NCBI GenBank assembly: GCA_965197905.1 | Contig: CBDAOB010000002.1 | Coordinates: forward strand, 128,001-192,000 | Source of the DNA: Candidatus Latescibacterota bacterium | GTDB taxonomy: Bacteria; Latescibacterota; UBA2968; UBA8231 | Reading direction: 5' to 3' | Length of the DNA stretch: 64,000 bases | Shown: positions 1-9,705 of the stretch, piece after piece | How the letters are laid out: each line of letters opens with the position of its first letter | How positions within the stretch are numbered: position 1 is the first letter of the stretch | Position numbers and translations under genes: made by a program | The notes under the pieces: model-generated | Databases searched by the model: none | What the model was told of the DNA's origin: nothing | Seen by the model: the letters and a program-made list of their open reading frames with translations, nothing else

Positions 1-283
1 CCAGGCCAAAACCTAACAACAGCTCCACGCTCACCGCTAGAAGGACGAAGAGCGCCGTGGTGCGCAGCGCCGCCGCGTATTTGTTGGCGAGGAAGACGAT
101 GCGGTAGTTGAGACCGCCAACAAGCTGGAAATCGGCGCCAGCAAGCGCGGCATTGGTGAAACTCAGATAGATGCTGTAGAGCAGGGGGAAGATGTTGACG
201 GCGATGAGAACGACAAGGGCCGGAGCTACGAATCCGTATGACAGGAATTCGCGACTCCGGCCGCTGTTTGAAGCTCTGTCCAA
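1..283 (-). CDS. Carbohydrate ABC transporter permease (5' part; runs off the window)
   Basis: Manual translation from TTG at 283: MDRASNSGRSREFLSYGFVAPALVVLIAVNIFPLLYSIYLSFTNA..., a typical first TM segment of CUT1 permeases. Starts 5 nt after the binding-protein stop. Confidence 0.85.
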   Translation of the reverse strand, partial: MDRASNSGRSREFLSYGFVAPALVVLIAVNIFPLLYSIYLSFTNAALAGADFQLVGGLNYRIVFLANKYAAALRTTALFVLLAVSVELLLGFGL

Positions 284-288
284 AATGG

Positions 289-1590
289 TTACTTGACCAG
301 ATCGGCCTGCATCAGAATGAGCTCGTGCTCTTCGGCGATGAGATCGAGTGCTTCCTTCGGGGTCTTTACGCCATCTAATGCTTCGCCGAGATACCGCTGC
401 GAAACGGCCAGGAGCTCGTTGTAGGCGGGCACGTTCCAGAAATCCCGCACGTAGTTGAGAGAGGCCGCAAACGCCGGGTTGTAGGGCGAGGCCGCGGCGA
501 ATTCCGGGCTTGCCAGCAGTTCCGTATTCGCTGTAAACGCGCCCGGGTAGGAGATCCACTTCCTCTGTATCTCTCCCTTCTGGAACCAGGCGATAAACTC
601 CTTGGCCAGGTGCTGCTGGCCCTCGGTAATCTTGGTGGAGATGCTGAAGCCTTGGCCCCCCAGACTGATCGCCCGTCGGCCCCCGTTCCGCGGCACGATG
701 AAGAAACCCACCTTGTCGCCCATGGCGCTTACGATTCCCGGATAGAACGGGAAATAATCCAGCACCATGGCGGTCGAGCCGTTGAGAAAGACGTCGTTAT
801 TGTAGAAGTAGTCGGCGCTGTTGCCCCCGGGAGGGGTGAATTGCAGCAGGTCTTTCATGAATGTCAGCCCCGCCACGGCTGCGGCGCTATTCATGTGTCC
901 CTTTACCTGGAAGGTATTGCGATCGCCCCAGGTGCCGCCCCAGGACCAGAGAAACGGCTGGAATCCCATGGTAATACCGTCGTAGCCGCGGCCCGCAAGA
1001 ATGGAACAACCGTACCGTTTTTCATCCGGTCGATGGAAGAACTCGGCTACCTGACGGAATTCCTGCCATGTGTCCGGAGCATCCAATTCCCGATTGTAGC
1101 GGTTCTTGAAGGCGGCCTGTTCTTCCGGGTTTTCAAACCAATCCCGGCGATAGGCAAAGCCGATGGCGTCGGTCTCGCATGGAGCGGCATAATAGCGCCC
1201 CTCTCGTGCAGGATATTCACAGAGATAGCGCAGCGCCAGAGGGTGCACGCTTTTCAGGTCTACCGCAGTAGGCAGCCAATCGGTCAATTCCAGATACAGC
1301 CCAGCCTCGGCGCCGCGACCGATCCACTGGCTGTCCCCCACGACGATGTCGAAGTCGGTTTGTTTGTTGCCGAAGTTGAGAAAGACCTGGTCGTGATAGG
1401 AGGGCCAGGGAATCTGATGCACGATAACCGCGGTGCCCGTCTCTTTGGTGAACTCCTTGGAAAGCTCCTGCAGAGCGGCTGCCGGGTCCCATTGGGCCCA
1501 CCAGATCGTTATGGATTCAGCGGGCGCTGAACGCGCGCCCATGAGCAGGTGCGCCGCAATCAGGGCTAGAGCTGTGCGTCGCGACGTCAT
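289..1590 (-). CDS. Sugar ABC transporter substrate-binding protein
   Basis: 433 aa with an N-terminal signal-like segment; DIVVGDSQW, YRRDWF, PDTWQEF and LGGQGFSI motifs of family-1 SBPs. Confidence 0.9.
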   Translation of the reverse strand: MTSRRTALALIAAHLLMGARSAPAESITIWWAQWDPAAALQELSKEFTKETGTAVIVHQIPWPSYHDQVFLNFGNKQTDFDIVVGDSQWIGRGAEAGLYLELTDWLPTAVDLKSVHPLALRYLCEYPAREGRYYAAPCETDAIGFAYRRDWFENPEEQAAFKNRYNRELDAPDTWQEFRQVAEFFHRPDEKRYGCSILAGRGYDGITMGFQPFLWSWGGTWGDRNTFQVKGHMNSAAAVAGLTFMKDLLQFTPPGGNSADYFYNNDVFLNGSTAMVLDYFPFYPGIVSAMGDKVGFFIVPRNGGRRAISLGGQGFSISTKITEGQQHLAKEFIAWFQKGEIQRKWISYPGAFTANTELLASPEFAAASPYNPAFAASLNYVRDFWNVPAYNELLAVSQRYLGEALDGVKTPKEALDLIAEEHELILMQADLVK

Positions 1591-1846
1591 ATGCTACATC
1601 TCCTGTTCATAAGTCATCAGATGGATAACGCCGCACCCGATTCTACGCGAGAGCGCGAGGCGCGGCAGCAGAAGATAACCTCCCCAAGCGCGTCGTCCAG
1701 CAATGTTCTCTACAGATGAGTTTAGGGGTTTGACCCAGGAGCCTGAGTGGCGGAAAGCGCTTGTCGTGTCCAGTTTATCCAGCCGCGCTGAACGGCAGAC
1801 ATGGTCGACGCGACGAACCAATTGAAAGAAAGAGGGGAACAATTTC

Positions 1847-2680
1847 ATGGGCGATCTGCAGTTGGTCGAGGAAGACCTGCGTTTCAAATTCTACCACAAC
1901 GGGCAGTTCTGTCTGGCGTACAACAAGGGATTCAAGGATCTCGGCGATTTCTATCTGTCGCGTCCGAATTTCTTCCCGGTCTATTCTCCCAGTGGTCGAC
2001 CGGTCACCACCAATTGCGCCTATCGGTACAACCACCACAAATCGATCTTCATCGGGCATGCCAAGGTCAACGGCATCAACTTCTTTCACGACAATAACCA
2101 CGTGCGGGACGACCTGGGTGACGTGTTGCTGCAAAGCCACGAGAGCAGTACGACCGGGTCCAGCATCGAGCTCAGAACGAAAAACGACTGGACCACAAAA
2201 GCGGGTGCGCTCTTCCTAAAGGAGGATCGCAACATCGTCTGGACCCCAGGTGACCAGGTCCACGTGCTGGACATTTCCAGCAGCCTCGTGTCGCAGATCG
2301 GCGACATCGTCTTCGAGAAAGATAACCACTCTTATATCGGTATTCGCGTCGCCGACAGCATGGATGTGGAGGATGGGGGACGCGTGGTCAACTCGAGGGG
2401 TCAGGTGAATGAAGAGGAAGCGATGGGTGAGTCCGCCGACTGGCTGGACTACAGCGGAACGGTGGTGGACAAACCAGTCGGCGTTACCCTCATACCCCAT
2501 CCCGCCAACCCGCCGTCTTCTTTCTTCGTGCGCAACTACGGCACCATATTGTCTAACTTCGCCTACAGCGGACCATATACCTTGAAGGAAGACGACACCC
2601 TGCTGCAACGGTTCCGCATCCTGGTGCACGAGGGCTCCGCGGACGACGTTGATATCAATAACTATCTGCAGAAGAACTGA
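1847..2680 (+). CDS. DUF6807 / 'PmoA-family' (PF14100-like) protein, not a methane monooxygenase
   Basis: RPNFFPVYSPSGRPVT, HHKSIFIGH, GIRVADSM and ADWLDYSG motifs; soluble; RBS AGAGGGG upstream. Confidence 0.7.
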   Translation: MGDLQLVEEDLRFKFYHNGQFCLAYNKGFKDLGDFYLSRPNFFPVYSPSGRPVTTNCAYRYNHHKSIFIGHAKVNGINFFHDNNHVRDDLGDVLLQSHESSTTGSSIELRTKNDWTTKAGALFLKEDRNIVWTPGDQVHVLDISSSLVSQIGDIVFEKDNHSYIGIRVADSMDVEDGGRVVNSRGQVNEEEAMGESADWLDYSGTVVDKPVGVTLIPHPANPPSSFFVRNYGTILSNFAYSGPYTLKEDDTLLQRFRILVHEGSADDVDINNYLQKN

Positions 2681-2700
2681 GTCGCGCAATCGGAGGTCTC

Positions 2701-3642
2701 ATGGCTATCGCGAACACCATTCGTTATCGCGACGACGGCAGCATCGATCTCGTGGACGAGAAGGTATCCAATCCTGGTTCCGGCGAGATCCAGGTGCAGG
2801 GTGGGGTATGCGGCATCTGTTCGTGGGACATAGTTACGGCCCGTCTTGGCAAGGAGATGGTACCCAAGGCGCCACCGGGGCATGAAGGCATGGGATACGT
2901 GGCGAAACTGGGCGCCGGCGTCTCCGGTTTCAAGGAAGGAGACCGGGTTGCCGGCGGCGGATTCTCGCGCTTGAGAAATCTGGATGCCGGTAGTGTTGCA
3001 AGGATACCCGATTCCGACATCCCCGATGAGCAGTGGATCGTCGAGCCGGTTTCTTGCGCAATTACCGGGCTGGATCACTGCCGCATTCAACCGGGACACC
3101 GAATAGCACTGGTCGGCTGCGGCTTTATGGGTCTATTGATACTGCAAGGGTTACTCAACCACCCCCTGGGCGAGCTGGTGGTTCTGGATATCAATGCCGA
3201 ACGGCTCGCGCTGGCACGCCGCCTTGGCGCCCGCGAGGCCCACGACCTCTCCCAGGCCGATATCGCAGACTTGAGCCAGGAACTCCAAGCACGGGAGTTC
3301 GACGTCGTGGTGGATGCGTCCGGCGTGCAATCCGGCCTCGACCTCGCCAGCGACATCGTCCGGAAGGGTGGAACCATCAATCTGTTCGGTTGGATCAAGG
3401 GACAAAACGCCCACTTCGATCCGTCCAAGTGGCATATGGGAGGGTTTACGGTGGTGAACTCATCACCATCGTCGCGGTTGCGGCCTACGTTTCCCACCGC
3501 CGTCGAGCTCATCCACCGGGGCATATTTAAGCTCGATCCCCTCGTCACACATGTCGTCGGGCTCCAGGAATACCCGTCACTCATGCGGCAGATTCTGGCG
3601 GGGGACGAGAGTTACATCAAGGGTGTTGTGAAGCTCGACTGA
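2701..3642 (+). CDS. Zinc-binding (MDR-family) dehydrogenase
   Basis: CGICSWD, GHEG, VEP and GCGFMG Rossmann motif; lacks the structural-Zn loop; RBS GGAGG. Confidence 0.9.
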   Translation: MAIANTIRYRDDGSIDLVDEKVSNPGSGEIQVQGGVCGICSWDIVTARLGKEMVPKAPPGHEGMGYVAKLGAGVSGFKEGDRVAGGGFSRLRNLDAGSVARIPDSDIPDEQWIVEPVSCAITGLDHCRIQPGHRIALVGCGFMGLLILQGLLNHPLGELVVLDINAERLALARRLGAREAHDLSQADIADLSQELQAREFDVVVDASGVQSGLDLASDIVRKGGTINLFGWIKGQNAHFDPSKWHMGGFTVVNSSPSSRLRPTFPTAVELIHRGIFKLDPLVTHVVGLQEYPSLMRQILAGDESYIKGVVKLD

Positions 3643-3700
3643 CGATTCCGCAGATCACTGGTGGCGGGGACCCCCGAGGTTATGCGCCGGTCTCCGAGCA

Positions 3701-4456
3701 CTAACTGACGTAGAGCCGATTCTCCGCTTCGAGAGTCAGCCTTTCTGAATAGTGATACACCGGTAGATCGTTCCCCGACTCAGCACCTGGCGGGCGCGCA
3801 GACGTAGGCACTTCAATCACGAAATCGGCGAAATGGGGGGCGTTGAAAGCCACAAACGCCAGCTGAAGACCGTCCACCAGGCGCTCCTGCTTCCCTGACA
3901 AATCGGGAAACAGAATCGGACCCGTGTCGACCTGGTAGATTTCGCCCTCGCGGTTCTCGTCCGGGCGATGCTGCTCTATCCGTCGGCAGGTGTTCATCGT
4001 CTTTACGGGGTATTCGATGGTGGCGCGCAGCTGGGTTGCCGAATTGCGAATATCGGTTTGCGCGACGATGGGCAACATGCCTCGCGTTGCTTCCAGAACC
4101 TCTCGGGGTCCATCGAGGAATCGACAAGTCGTGCCCTCCACGAGGTGGTATCGCGGGCCGTCCCACATCTCCTCGGTCTTCAGAACTGACCTGTAGTTTT
4201 CATTGAGCCAGGCCCGGCGGCGAAAGTAGATACCGAATTCGGTGCCGAACACCGGCAAGAAATCGTAATTGTCATCAATAAACAGATCGCTTTCTCCGAA
4301 GGTGTTCTCGCTCTTGCACGAAGCACACTGCACGTACTCCTCGCTCGCGCCGGTTTTCTCATCCACGATACGCGTCCGCGATTCCACCCAAAAGCGCACC
4401 TCGTTTCCGGGGGCGGTACCGATTATGAAAGAGCGGCCGTAATCCAGTGGGTTCAT
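3701..4456 (-). CDS. Conserved hypothetical protein with CxxC (CASCKSE)
   Basis: 251-aa ORF with coding-like codon use; AAGGGAG RBS directly after the GGT stop. Confidence 0.75.
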   Translation of the reverse strand: MNPLDYGRSFIIGTAPGNEVRFWVESRTRIVDEKTGASEEYVQCASCKSENTFGESDLFIDDNYDFLPVFGTEFGIYFRRRAWLNENYRSVLKTEEMWDGPRYHLVEGTTCRFLDGPREVLEATRGMLPIVAQTDIRNSATQLRATIEYPVKTMNTCRRIEQHRPDENREGEIYQVDTGPILFPDLSGKQERLVDGLQLAFVAFNAPHFADFVIEVPTSARPPGAESGNDLPVYHYSERLTLEAENRLYVS

Positions 4457-4468
4457 GGAACGCTCCCT

Positions 4469-6265
4469 TTACCAGCCCATGGCATAGGCGATTCGACGTC
4501 GCGAGGTGGCACCGCCCGATATCATGCCACTTTCCACGTCGATGTGAATTCCCATCGATTTGCCGGCCGACCAGCCATCCACCACGTCCACCTGGTGTCC
4601 CCGTTTTTCAAGCTCGGAGATGGTGGCAGCCGCGATCCGGTCCTCTGCCACCATTCTGCCGGGATACGCCTGCCGCGGATAGAACGAGGATGGGAAGTGG
4701 GTCGAGTACACAGCGGGTGCATCCAGCGCCTCCTGAATATTCATTCCGAACACGGCAAAGTTCAGAAAGAACTCCAAGGTCACCTGGTCCTGTGTGTCAC
4801 CGCCTGGAGTGCCAAACGCCATGTAAGGTTCGCCGTTGCGGGTAACGATACTAGGGGTCAGGGTCGCCCGCGGCCGTTTCCTCGGCTCGAGTGCGTTCGG
4901 ACGATCGGGGTTCAGATAAAACATCTGCCCTCGCGTGCCGATGGGGAAGCCGAGTCCTTTGATCGCCGGTGACGAACCGAGCCAGCCGCCGCTGGGTGTC
5001 GCAGCCACCATGTTGCCCTCGGCGTCGATGGCGTCCAGATGCGTGGTATCGCTCACGTGGGCGTGACCCAGACCCAAGTCGCGCACATCCCGTGCATCCA
5101 CGTTCAGGGCGAGGCGATTGTTCTCGGCTACATCACCGATTGCATACTCGGGAATTCCGTTGCCCACGTCCCCCGGTCGCATCTCGGCAGACGCGTCGGT
5201 ACCGACCAGTTGGCGCCGTGCTTCATTATATGAGGCGCTGAGGAGTGTATCGAACGGCACATCGTCGAAGAGCGGATCGCCGTAATACGCTTCGCGATCG
5301 GCAAAAGCGAGCTTAGCACATTCGATGTAGGTGTGGATGTAGTCTGTGGAGTTATGCCCGAGCGCAGCCAGATCGAAGCCGTCGAGCAAGGCCAACTGCT
5401 GGAGGAAGACGGGCCCTTGGGTCCAGCTGGAGCACTTGTGGGCCTCGAGGCCGGAATAATTGTAGCTCACCGGCTTCTCCACCGTGGCGTGCCACTCCGC
5501 CATATCCTCGGCGCTCAGCAGTCCCGTGTGAGCCTTACCGCTGGCATCTTCCACCGGATTGTTGCTGATGAATTCGAGGATCCTGTCGGCGATCTCTCCT
5601 TTGTAGAAAACGTCTCGCGCAGCTTCGATGCCGGCGACGCGGCTTTTGCCGCAGGCCGCTTCCGCGGCACCCATCTTCTTGAGACTGTTGGCCCAATCCG
5701 GATTGCGCACGAGGCTGCCGACCTCGGGCACCTTGCCTCCCGGGCAGTAGATTTCGCCCGTGGTCGGGTAGAGCTCGGTGAATTTCTTCAGGCCGTTGGA
5801 CAGGGAACTCCGAAGCTCCTCGTAGAGCGCGTAGCCGTCTTCGGCCAGATCGATGGCCGGCTGCAGCACCTGCGAAAAGGTGAGCTTGCCGTAGTGGGCA
5901 ACCGCCGTCGCCCAGGTGTCTACCGGCGCGGGAACGCATGCAGGCAAGTACCCGTCGCCAGGAACCAGGTCGATGCCGTGCTCCCGGCACCAATCGATGG
6001 TGAAAGCTTGCGGCGACCAGCCCATGCCGCTTACCGCCACCGTCTTCTTTTCCTTGGCGACGTAGATCAGGGTCGGAACGTCGCCGCCGATCCCATTGGA
6101 TTGGGGTTCCAGGATATTGAGGCAAAACGACATGGCTGCCGCCGCGTCGACGGCATTGCCTCCCTGTTCCATGATGCGAAAGCCGGCTGCGGTAGCCAGA
6201 TAATGACCGGCCGCCACAACACCACGACGACCACGAATTACCGGGCGTAACGAATGGTTGGGCAA
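4469..6265 (-). CDS. ggt: Gamma-glutamyltransferase family (Ntn-hydrolase)
   Basis: GGNAVDAAAA, SNGIGGD, KLAFADR, nucleophile DTTHLDAID and FGTPGGD motifs; no signal peptide. Confidence 0.92.
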   Translation of the reverse strand: MPNHSLRPVIRGRRGVVAAGHYLATAAGFRIMEQGGNAVDAAAAMSFCLNILEPQSNGIGGDVPTLIYVAKEKKTVAVSGMGWSPQAFTIDWCREHGIDLVPGDGYLPACVPAPVDTWATAVAHYGKLTFSQVLQPAIDLAEDGYALYEELRSSLSNGLKKFTELYPTTGEIYCPGGKVPEVGSLVRNPDWANSLKKMGAAEAACGKSRVAGIEAARDVFYKGEIADRILEFISNNPVEDASGKAHTGLLSAEDMAEWHATVEKPVSYNYSGLEAHKCSSWTQGPVFLQQLALLDGFDLAALGHNSTDYIHTYIECAKLAFADREAYYGDPLFDDVPFDTLLSASYNEARRQLVGTDASAEMRPGDVGNGIPEYAIGDVAENNRLALNVDARDVRDLGLGHAHVSDTTHLDAIDAEGNMVAATPSGGWLGSSPAIKGLGFPIGTRGQMFYLNPDRPNALEPRKRPRATLTPSIVTRNGEPYMAFGTPGGDTQDQVTLEFFLNFAVFGMNIQEALDAPAVYSTHFPSSFYPRQAYPGRMVAEDRIAAATISELEKRGHQVDVVDGWSAGKSMGIHIDVESGMISGGATSRRRIAYAMGW

Positions 6266-6365
6266 AATCGCCTCCGTTTCGTTTCAATAATGTCAAAGCG
6301 AAAACTCGGACACACTGCGATCGCCGAAGCCAACCCGATCTCTGAAGGCCGCGAAAGCAAGCAAC

Positions 6366-6396
6366 AATAAACTCGACCTCGTCGTACGCGGTCAAG
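6366..6396 (-). promoter_or_regulatory. Putative promoter for the ggt operon
   Basis: Minus strand CTTGACC-N17-GTTTATT, the same spacing as the other motif copies. Confidence 0.45.
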
Positions 6397-6448
6397 CGGC
6401 CTGCCTCGTCTGCAGCCGCTGAGCTACGTGCTGCGCCGGGCCGCCGGA

Positions 6449-7531
6449 CTAGGGCTGGTTGGCGGTGGTTGAGGCTGACGCGTCGCGGTTCATCACCTTC
6501 CGTTCAAGATCCAGCAGATACCGTTTGCGCCAGACGCCGCCTCCGTATCCTGTCAGGTCGCCATTCTTGGCGATCACGCGGTGACAGGGAATCAGGATGG
6601 ATATCCGGTTATCGCCGTTGGCCCGCGCCACGGCTCGGACGGCGCGTCGGTTTCCGAGTGCCGCGGCCTGCTGCTCGTAGGAGCGGGTTGCGCCGAAAGG
6701 GATCGTGCGCAGAGTTTCCCAGACCTGTGTCTGAAACTCCGTGCCCTCCAGAATGAGAGGCAGGTCGAATTCCGTTCTCGTCCCCGCGAAATACTCCTCC
6801 ATCTGCTTGCTCAAATCCTCGCCTTGTGGTAGGGGACCGGTGACACACGGGGCTTTTAGACGTGTCTGCACTCGCTTTATCTGGGTCTCCAGCATGGGCC
6901 GGTCGGCGAACTCGAGCAGACAGAGACCCGCTTCGGTTGCGCCTGCCACCATCGGTCCCAGAGGAGTGGGAATCCTGGTGATCAAAATGACCTCGCTTTT
7001 CGAGCTCCGCGACGGTACGAACCCCGTGGTCTTCTTGAACGACTCGTTGAAACCGCTCAGGGATTCGTACCCCGCATCGAACGCCGAGCCCGTGACCCCC
7101 CTTCCCTTCTTGATACTGCCGAAAGCGGTGTTGATCCGCAGCGATCTCAGGTAGGCCTGAAACGTGATCCCGTGATGCTTGGAGAACCACCTCCGTGCGC
7201 GGACCGGATCGATGCCTCTGGAGCGCAGGTCGGCGTCTTTCATCACCAGATTGGGGGTCCGCTCGACCTCGTTCAGCAACTCGCTCAGCCAGGCGGGGAC
7301 ATCGCCGTGCAGCTGCATGGGATGGCATACTTTGCAGGGCCGGTAGCCGTCTGACAGAGCCTCTTTGGTGGAGGTGAAGTACTCGACATTCTCCATCTTG
7401 GGCTTTCTGGCGCTGCAGGTGGGTCTGCAAAATATTCCCGTCGTCTTGACGCCGATGATGAAGGTGCCCTCGAATGTGCTGTCTCGTTTCAGCAGCGCCT
7501 CGTACATGGTATTTTCGTCCGGTAGTCCCAC
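6449..7531 (-). CDS. ada: Bifunctional transcriptional activator / O6-methylguanine-DNA methyltransferase Ada
   Basis: Zn domain GVKTTGIFCRPTC...GYRPCKVC, AraC-like HTH (GYESLSGF) and PCHRV active site. Confidence 0.95.
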   Translation of the reverse strand: MGLPDENTMYEALLKRDSTFEGTFIIGVKTTGIFCRPTCSARKPKMENVEYFTSTKEALSDGYRPCKVCHPMQLHGDVPAWLSELLNEVERTPNLVMKDADLRSRGIDPVRARRWFSKHHGITFQAYLRSLRINTAFGSIKKGRGVTGSAFDAGYESLSGFNESFKKTTGFVPSRSSKSEVILITRIPTPLGPMVAGATEAGLCLLEFADRPMLETQIKRVQTRLKAPCVTGPLPQGEDLSKQMEEYFAGTRTEFDLPLILEGTEFQTQVWETLRTIPFGATRSYEQQAAALGNRRAVRAVARANGDNRISILIPCHRVIAKNGDLTGYGGGVWRKRYLLDLERKVMNRDASASTTANQP

Positions 7532-7736
7532 GATCTTCCTCTTTCTCCTAGTGAGCTTCTTCCTTGGGCGATAGAAACATAAGGGGCAGTGCCGCCCCCC
7601 ACTACCGGGAAATGGACAATCAATTCAGATTTCTTGCGGTATCGCGATGGCCAGGGCAGACACGCTTGTCCGCTCTGCTGTTTTTGTCCTGATTCTGGCC
7701 TCGATCTCTATTTTCATTCTCAACAGGTGAGCACAT

Positions 7737-8558
7737 ATGTCAAGGTACTGTTTTAACACGAGCACCATTCGGAACTGTGGTTTGAGTCTCCAGGAAGAGA
7801 TCGCGCTGACAGCGGAGGTCGGGTACGGGGCCATCGAATTGTGGGTCACCCAGATCGATACCTATCTGGATGAGGGGGGTAGTCTGGGGGAGTTGAGAGA
7901 CCTGGCCGATCGCAGCAAGCTGCAGATTGCGAACCTCATCGCCTTTCCACAATGGGCCAGTCCCGACGCGGGGCAGCGCAAAGCTGCGCTCGAAGAAGCC
8001 GTGGGCATCTTCGAGACCGCACAGACGTTGGGGTGTCCCTATGTGGCTGCTCCGCCGGCCGGTCTGACCGACCGTGGAGACATCCCGCCGAGCGATCTCG
8101 CGGACCGCTATCGGGAACTGCTGACGGCGACGGCGCATCTGCCGGCCGTGCCGCTGCTGGAGTTCTGGGGTCACTCACAAACGCTCGGATCTCTCAGTGA
8201 AGCGCTAGAGATTCTGAAGATTCTTGACGATCCAGAGGTTCTTCTGCTGGCCGATGTCTTCCACATGTCCAAGACGCCCGGCAGCACCGAACTGCTGCGC
8301 GAGCTCGAAGGATCACAGTTGGGACTATTCCATGTCAACGACTACCCGCAGACCGACGATATTGGGCAGCTGACCGATGCCCAGAGGGTCTATCCCGGCG
8401 ATGGTGTGGCTCCGCTCGCGCAAATATTCGAGACCTTGCGGCAAATCGGCTACACCGGGTTCTACTCGCTGGAGCTCTTCAACCAGGAGTACGAAGCCGA
8501 CGGCGCGGCCCGCGTTTCCGGGACGGGCTTATCCAAAATGAAACGAGTCTTGCAGTGA
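7737..8558 (+). CDS. Sugar phosphate isomerase/epimerase (xylose-isomerase-like TIM barrel)
   Basis: GYGAIELW, LEF, DVFH, FHVND, RVYPGDG and YSLELF metal-ligand motifs. Confidence 0.9.
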   Translation: MSRYCFNTSTIRNCGLSLQEEIALTAEVGYGAIELWVTQIDTYLDEGGSLGELRDLADRSKLQIANLIAFPQWASPDAGQRKAALEEAVGIFETAQTLGCPYVAAPPAGLTDRGDIPPSDLADRYRELLTATAHLPAVPLLEFWGHSQTLGSLSEALEILKILDDPEVLLLADVFHMSKTPGSTELLRELEGSQLGLFHVNDYPQTDDIGQLTDAQRVYPGDGVAPLAQIFETLRQIGYTGFYSLELFNQEYEADGAARVSGTGLSKMKRVLQ

Positions 8559-8629
8559 CGCGGAGGCCGCACGTGTCATGTGCACACGTTCGGAGGCACC
8601 TGCAAGAGGCGTGGGACGGGGCCAACGAG

Positions 8630-9421
8630 TCACTCTAAACACTTTCTGGCCTGCGTGCAGAAGTAACAACGTGGGTTAGTACACAGAAGCGCGTCCATCC
8701 TGTTCTCCAGGATCTCCATGGTCGTCTCGATAACATCCAGTCCTTTCACCAGCTGGCATTTGGCCTGGCCGATCTTGAAGTCCCGGATCATCCCTTTCTC
8801 TCTAAGTGGCGCCTCGATCATGCCGAAGCCAGTGCTGCATCCCGGTTCATCGTTCAGGGAGAGCTCCACCAGATCGCCCGAGAGGGTTCGCACCTGCGCC
8901 GTCCGCGGCCAGGTGGGATCGAAGCGAACTCCGCGGTAAGCGGCTTGGGCGTACGCCTCGCCCACGTGCATGGTTGAGTCGGCGTCGTGTTTGACGCCGA
9001 GCAGGAGGATATACCCATCTTCGCGAGCGATCCGATCGATGGGTGATCCCACGCCGACGGATTCCGCCCGCCAATGTTCCCGTGTCAACGGCTCGGCATC
9101 CTTGCCGATGGCCGCCACCGAGTAGTTGGGGTGGAGGCTGCGAATTGCCTCCGGTCTCTGGCGTAGGGTCTCCGTCACGATTCCACATTGCGATGGAACC
9201 TGATTCGGATCGAAGAGATCCAGCCCCCCGAGGGTGTAGTTGAAGGTGGGCACCATCAAGGTTCCGTCGTCGCCAATGACCTCGAGTATGGCATCTACCA
9301 CCGTATCGGCGCCGTGTTCCACCCGCCCCAGGCTATGCAGCGAGCTGTGCATCAGCAGCAGACGGAGCTCCCCGATGGCGGCATCGTTCAATGCACCTAC
9401 GAGATCCTGTCTTCTCAGCAA
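8630..9421 (-). CDS. AAC(3)-family N-acetyltransferase
   Basis: MHSSL, GTLMVPTF, RSLHP, LLLGV and STMHVGE motifs; C-terminal CTNPRCYFC; TTG start after GGGGGGA. Confidence 0.88.
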   Translation of the reverse strand: MLRRQDLVGALNDAAIGELRLLLMHSSLHSLGRVEHGADTVVDAILEVIGDDGTLMVPTFNYTLGGLDLFDPNQVPSQCGIVTETLRQRPEAIRSLHPNYSVAAIGKDAEPLTREHWRAESVGVGSPIDRIAREDGYILLLGVKHDADSTMHVGEAYAQAAYRGVRFDPTWPRTAQVRTLSGDLVELSLNDEPGCSTGFGMIEAPLREKGMIRDFKIGQAKCQLVKGLDVIETTMEILENRMDALLCTNPRCYFCTQARKCLE

Positions 9422-9705
9422 GATGGGTTTCCCCCCAAGAATCCGCTCGATGTCTGCGATCGCCTTGCAGTTCCTGGCAAGCTATCGAAGCATCTGATGT
9501 TGTGGACAGTAGCCATTCTTGAGCCTTTACTAAGTGTGCCCGAAAATACCTAGACATGAAGGAACCGGGTTGAGGACAAGACGATTCGTCGGAAATATAA
9601 CCGGTGCGGCCGGAGCTGTCTCAATACGGCCCGCCGTGTTTGTTACCGAAGGTGTGAAAAAAACCAAGTTTCTTTCGTATCTCGCGCCCAAAGAGGAGAG
9701 CATCC

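Noticed and set aside
1847..2680. Particulate methane monooxygenase
   Set aside because: The family name is a misnomer; the protein has no TM helices and there is no pmoB or pmoC.
7600..7640. Ada-binding box upstream of ada
   Set aside because: It does not match the E. coli AAT-N6-GCAA arrangement and cannot be supported without comparative data.
8630..9421. Acquired aminoglycoside resistance gene
   Set aside because: There is no mobile context, and AAC(3)-fold proteins have many non-resistance roles.
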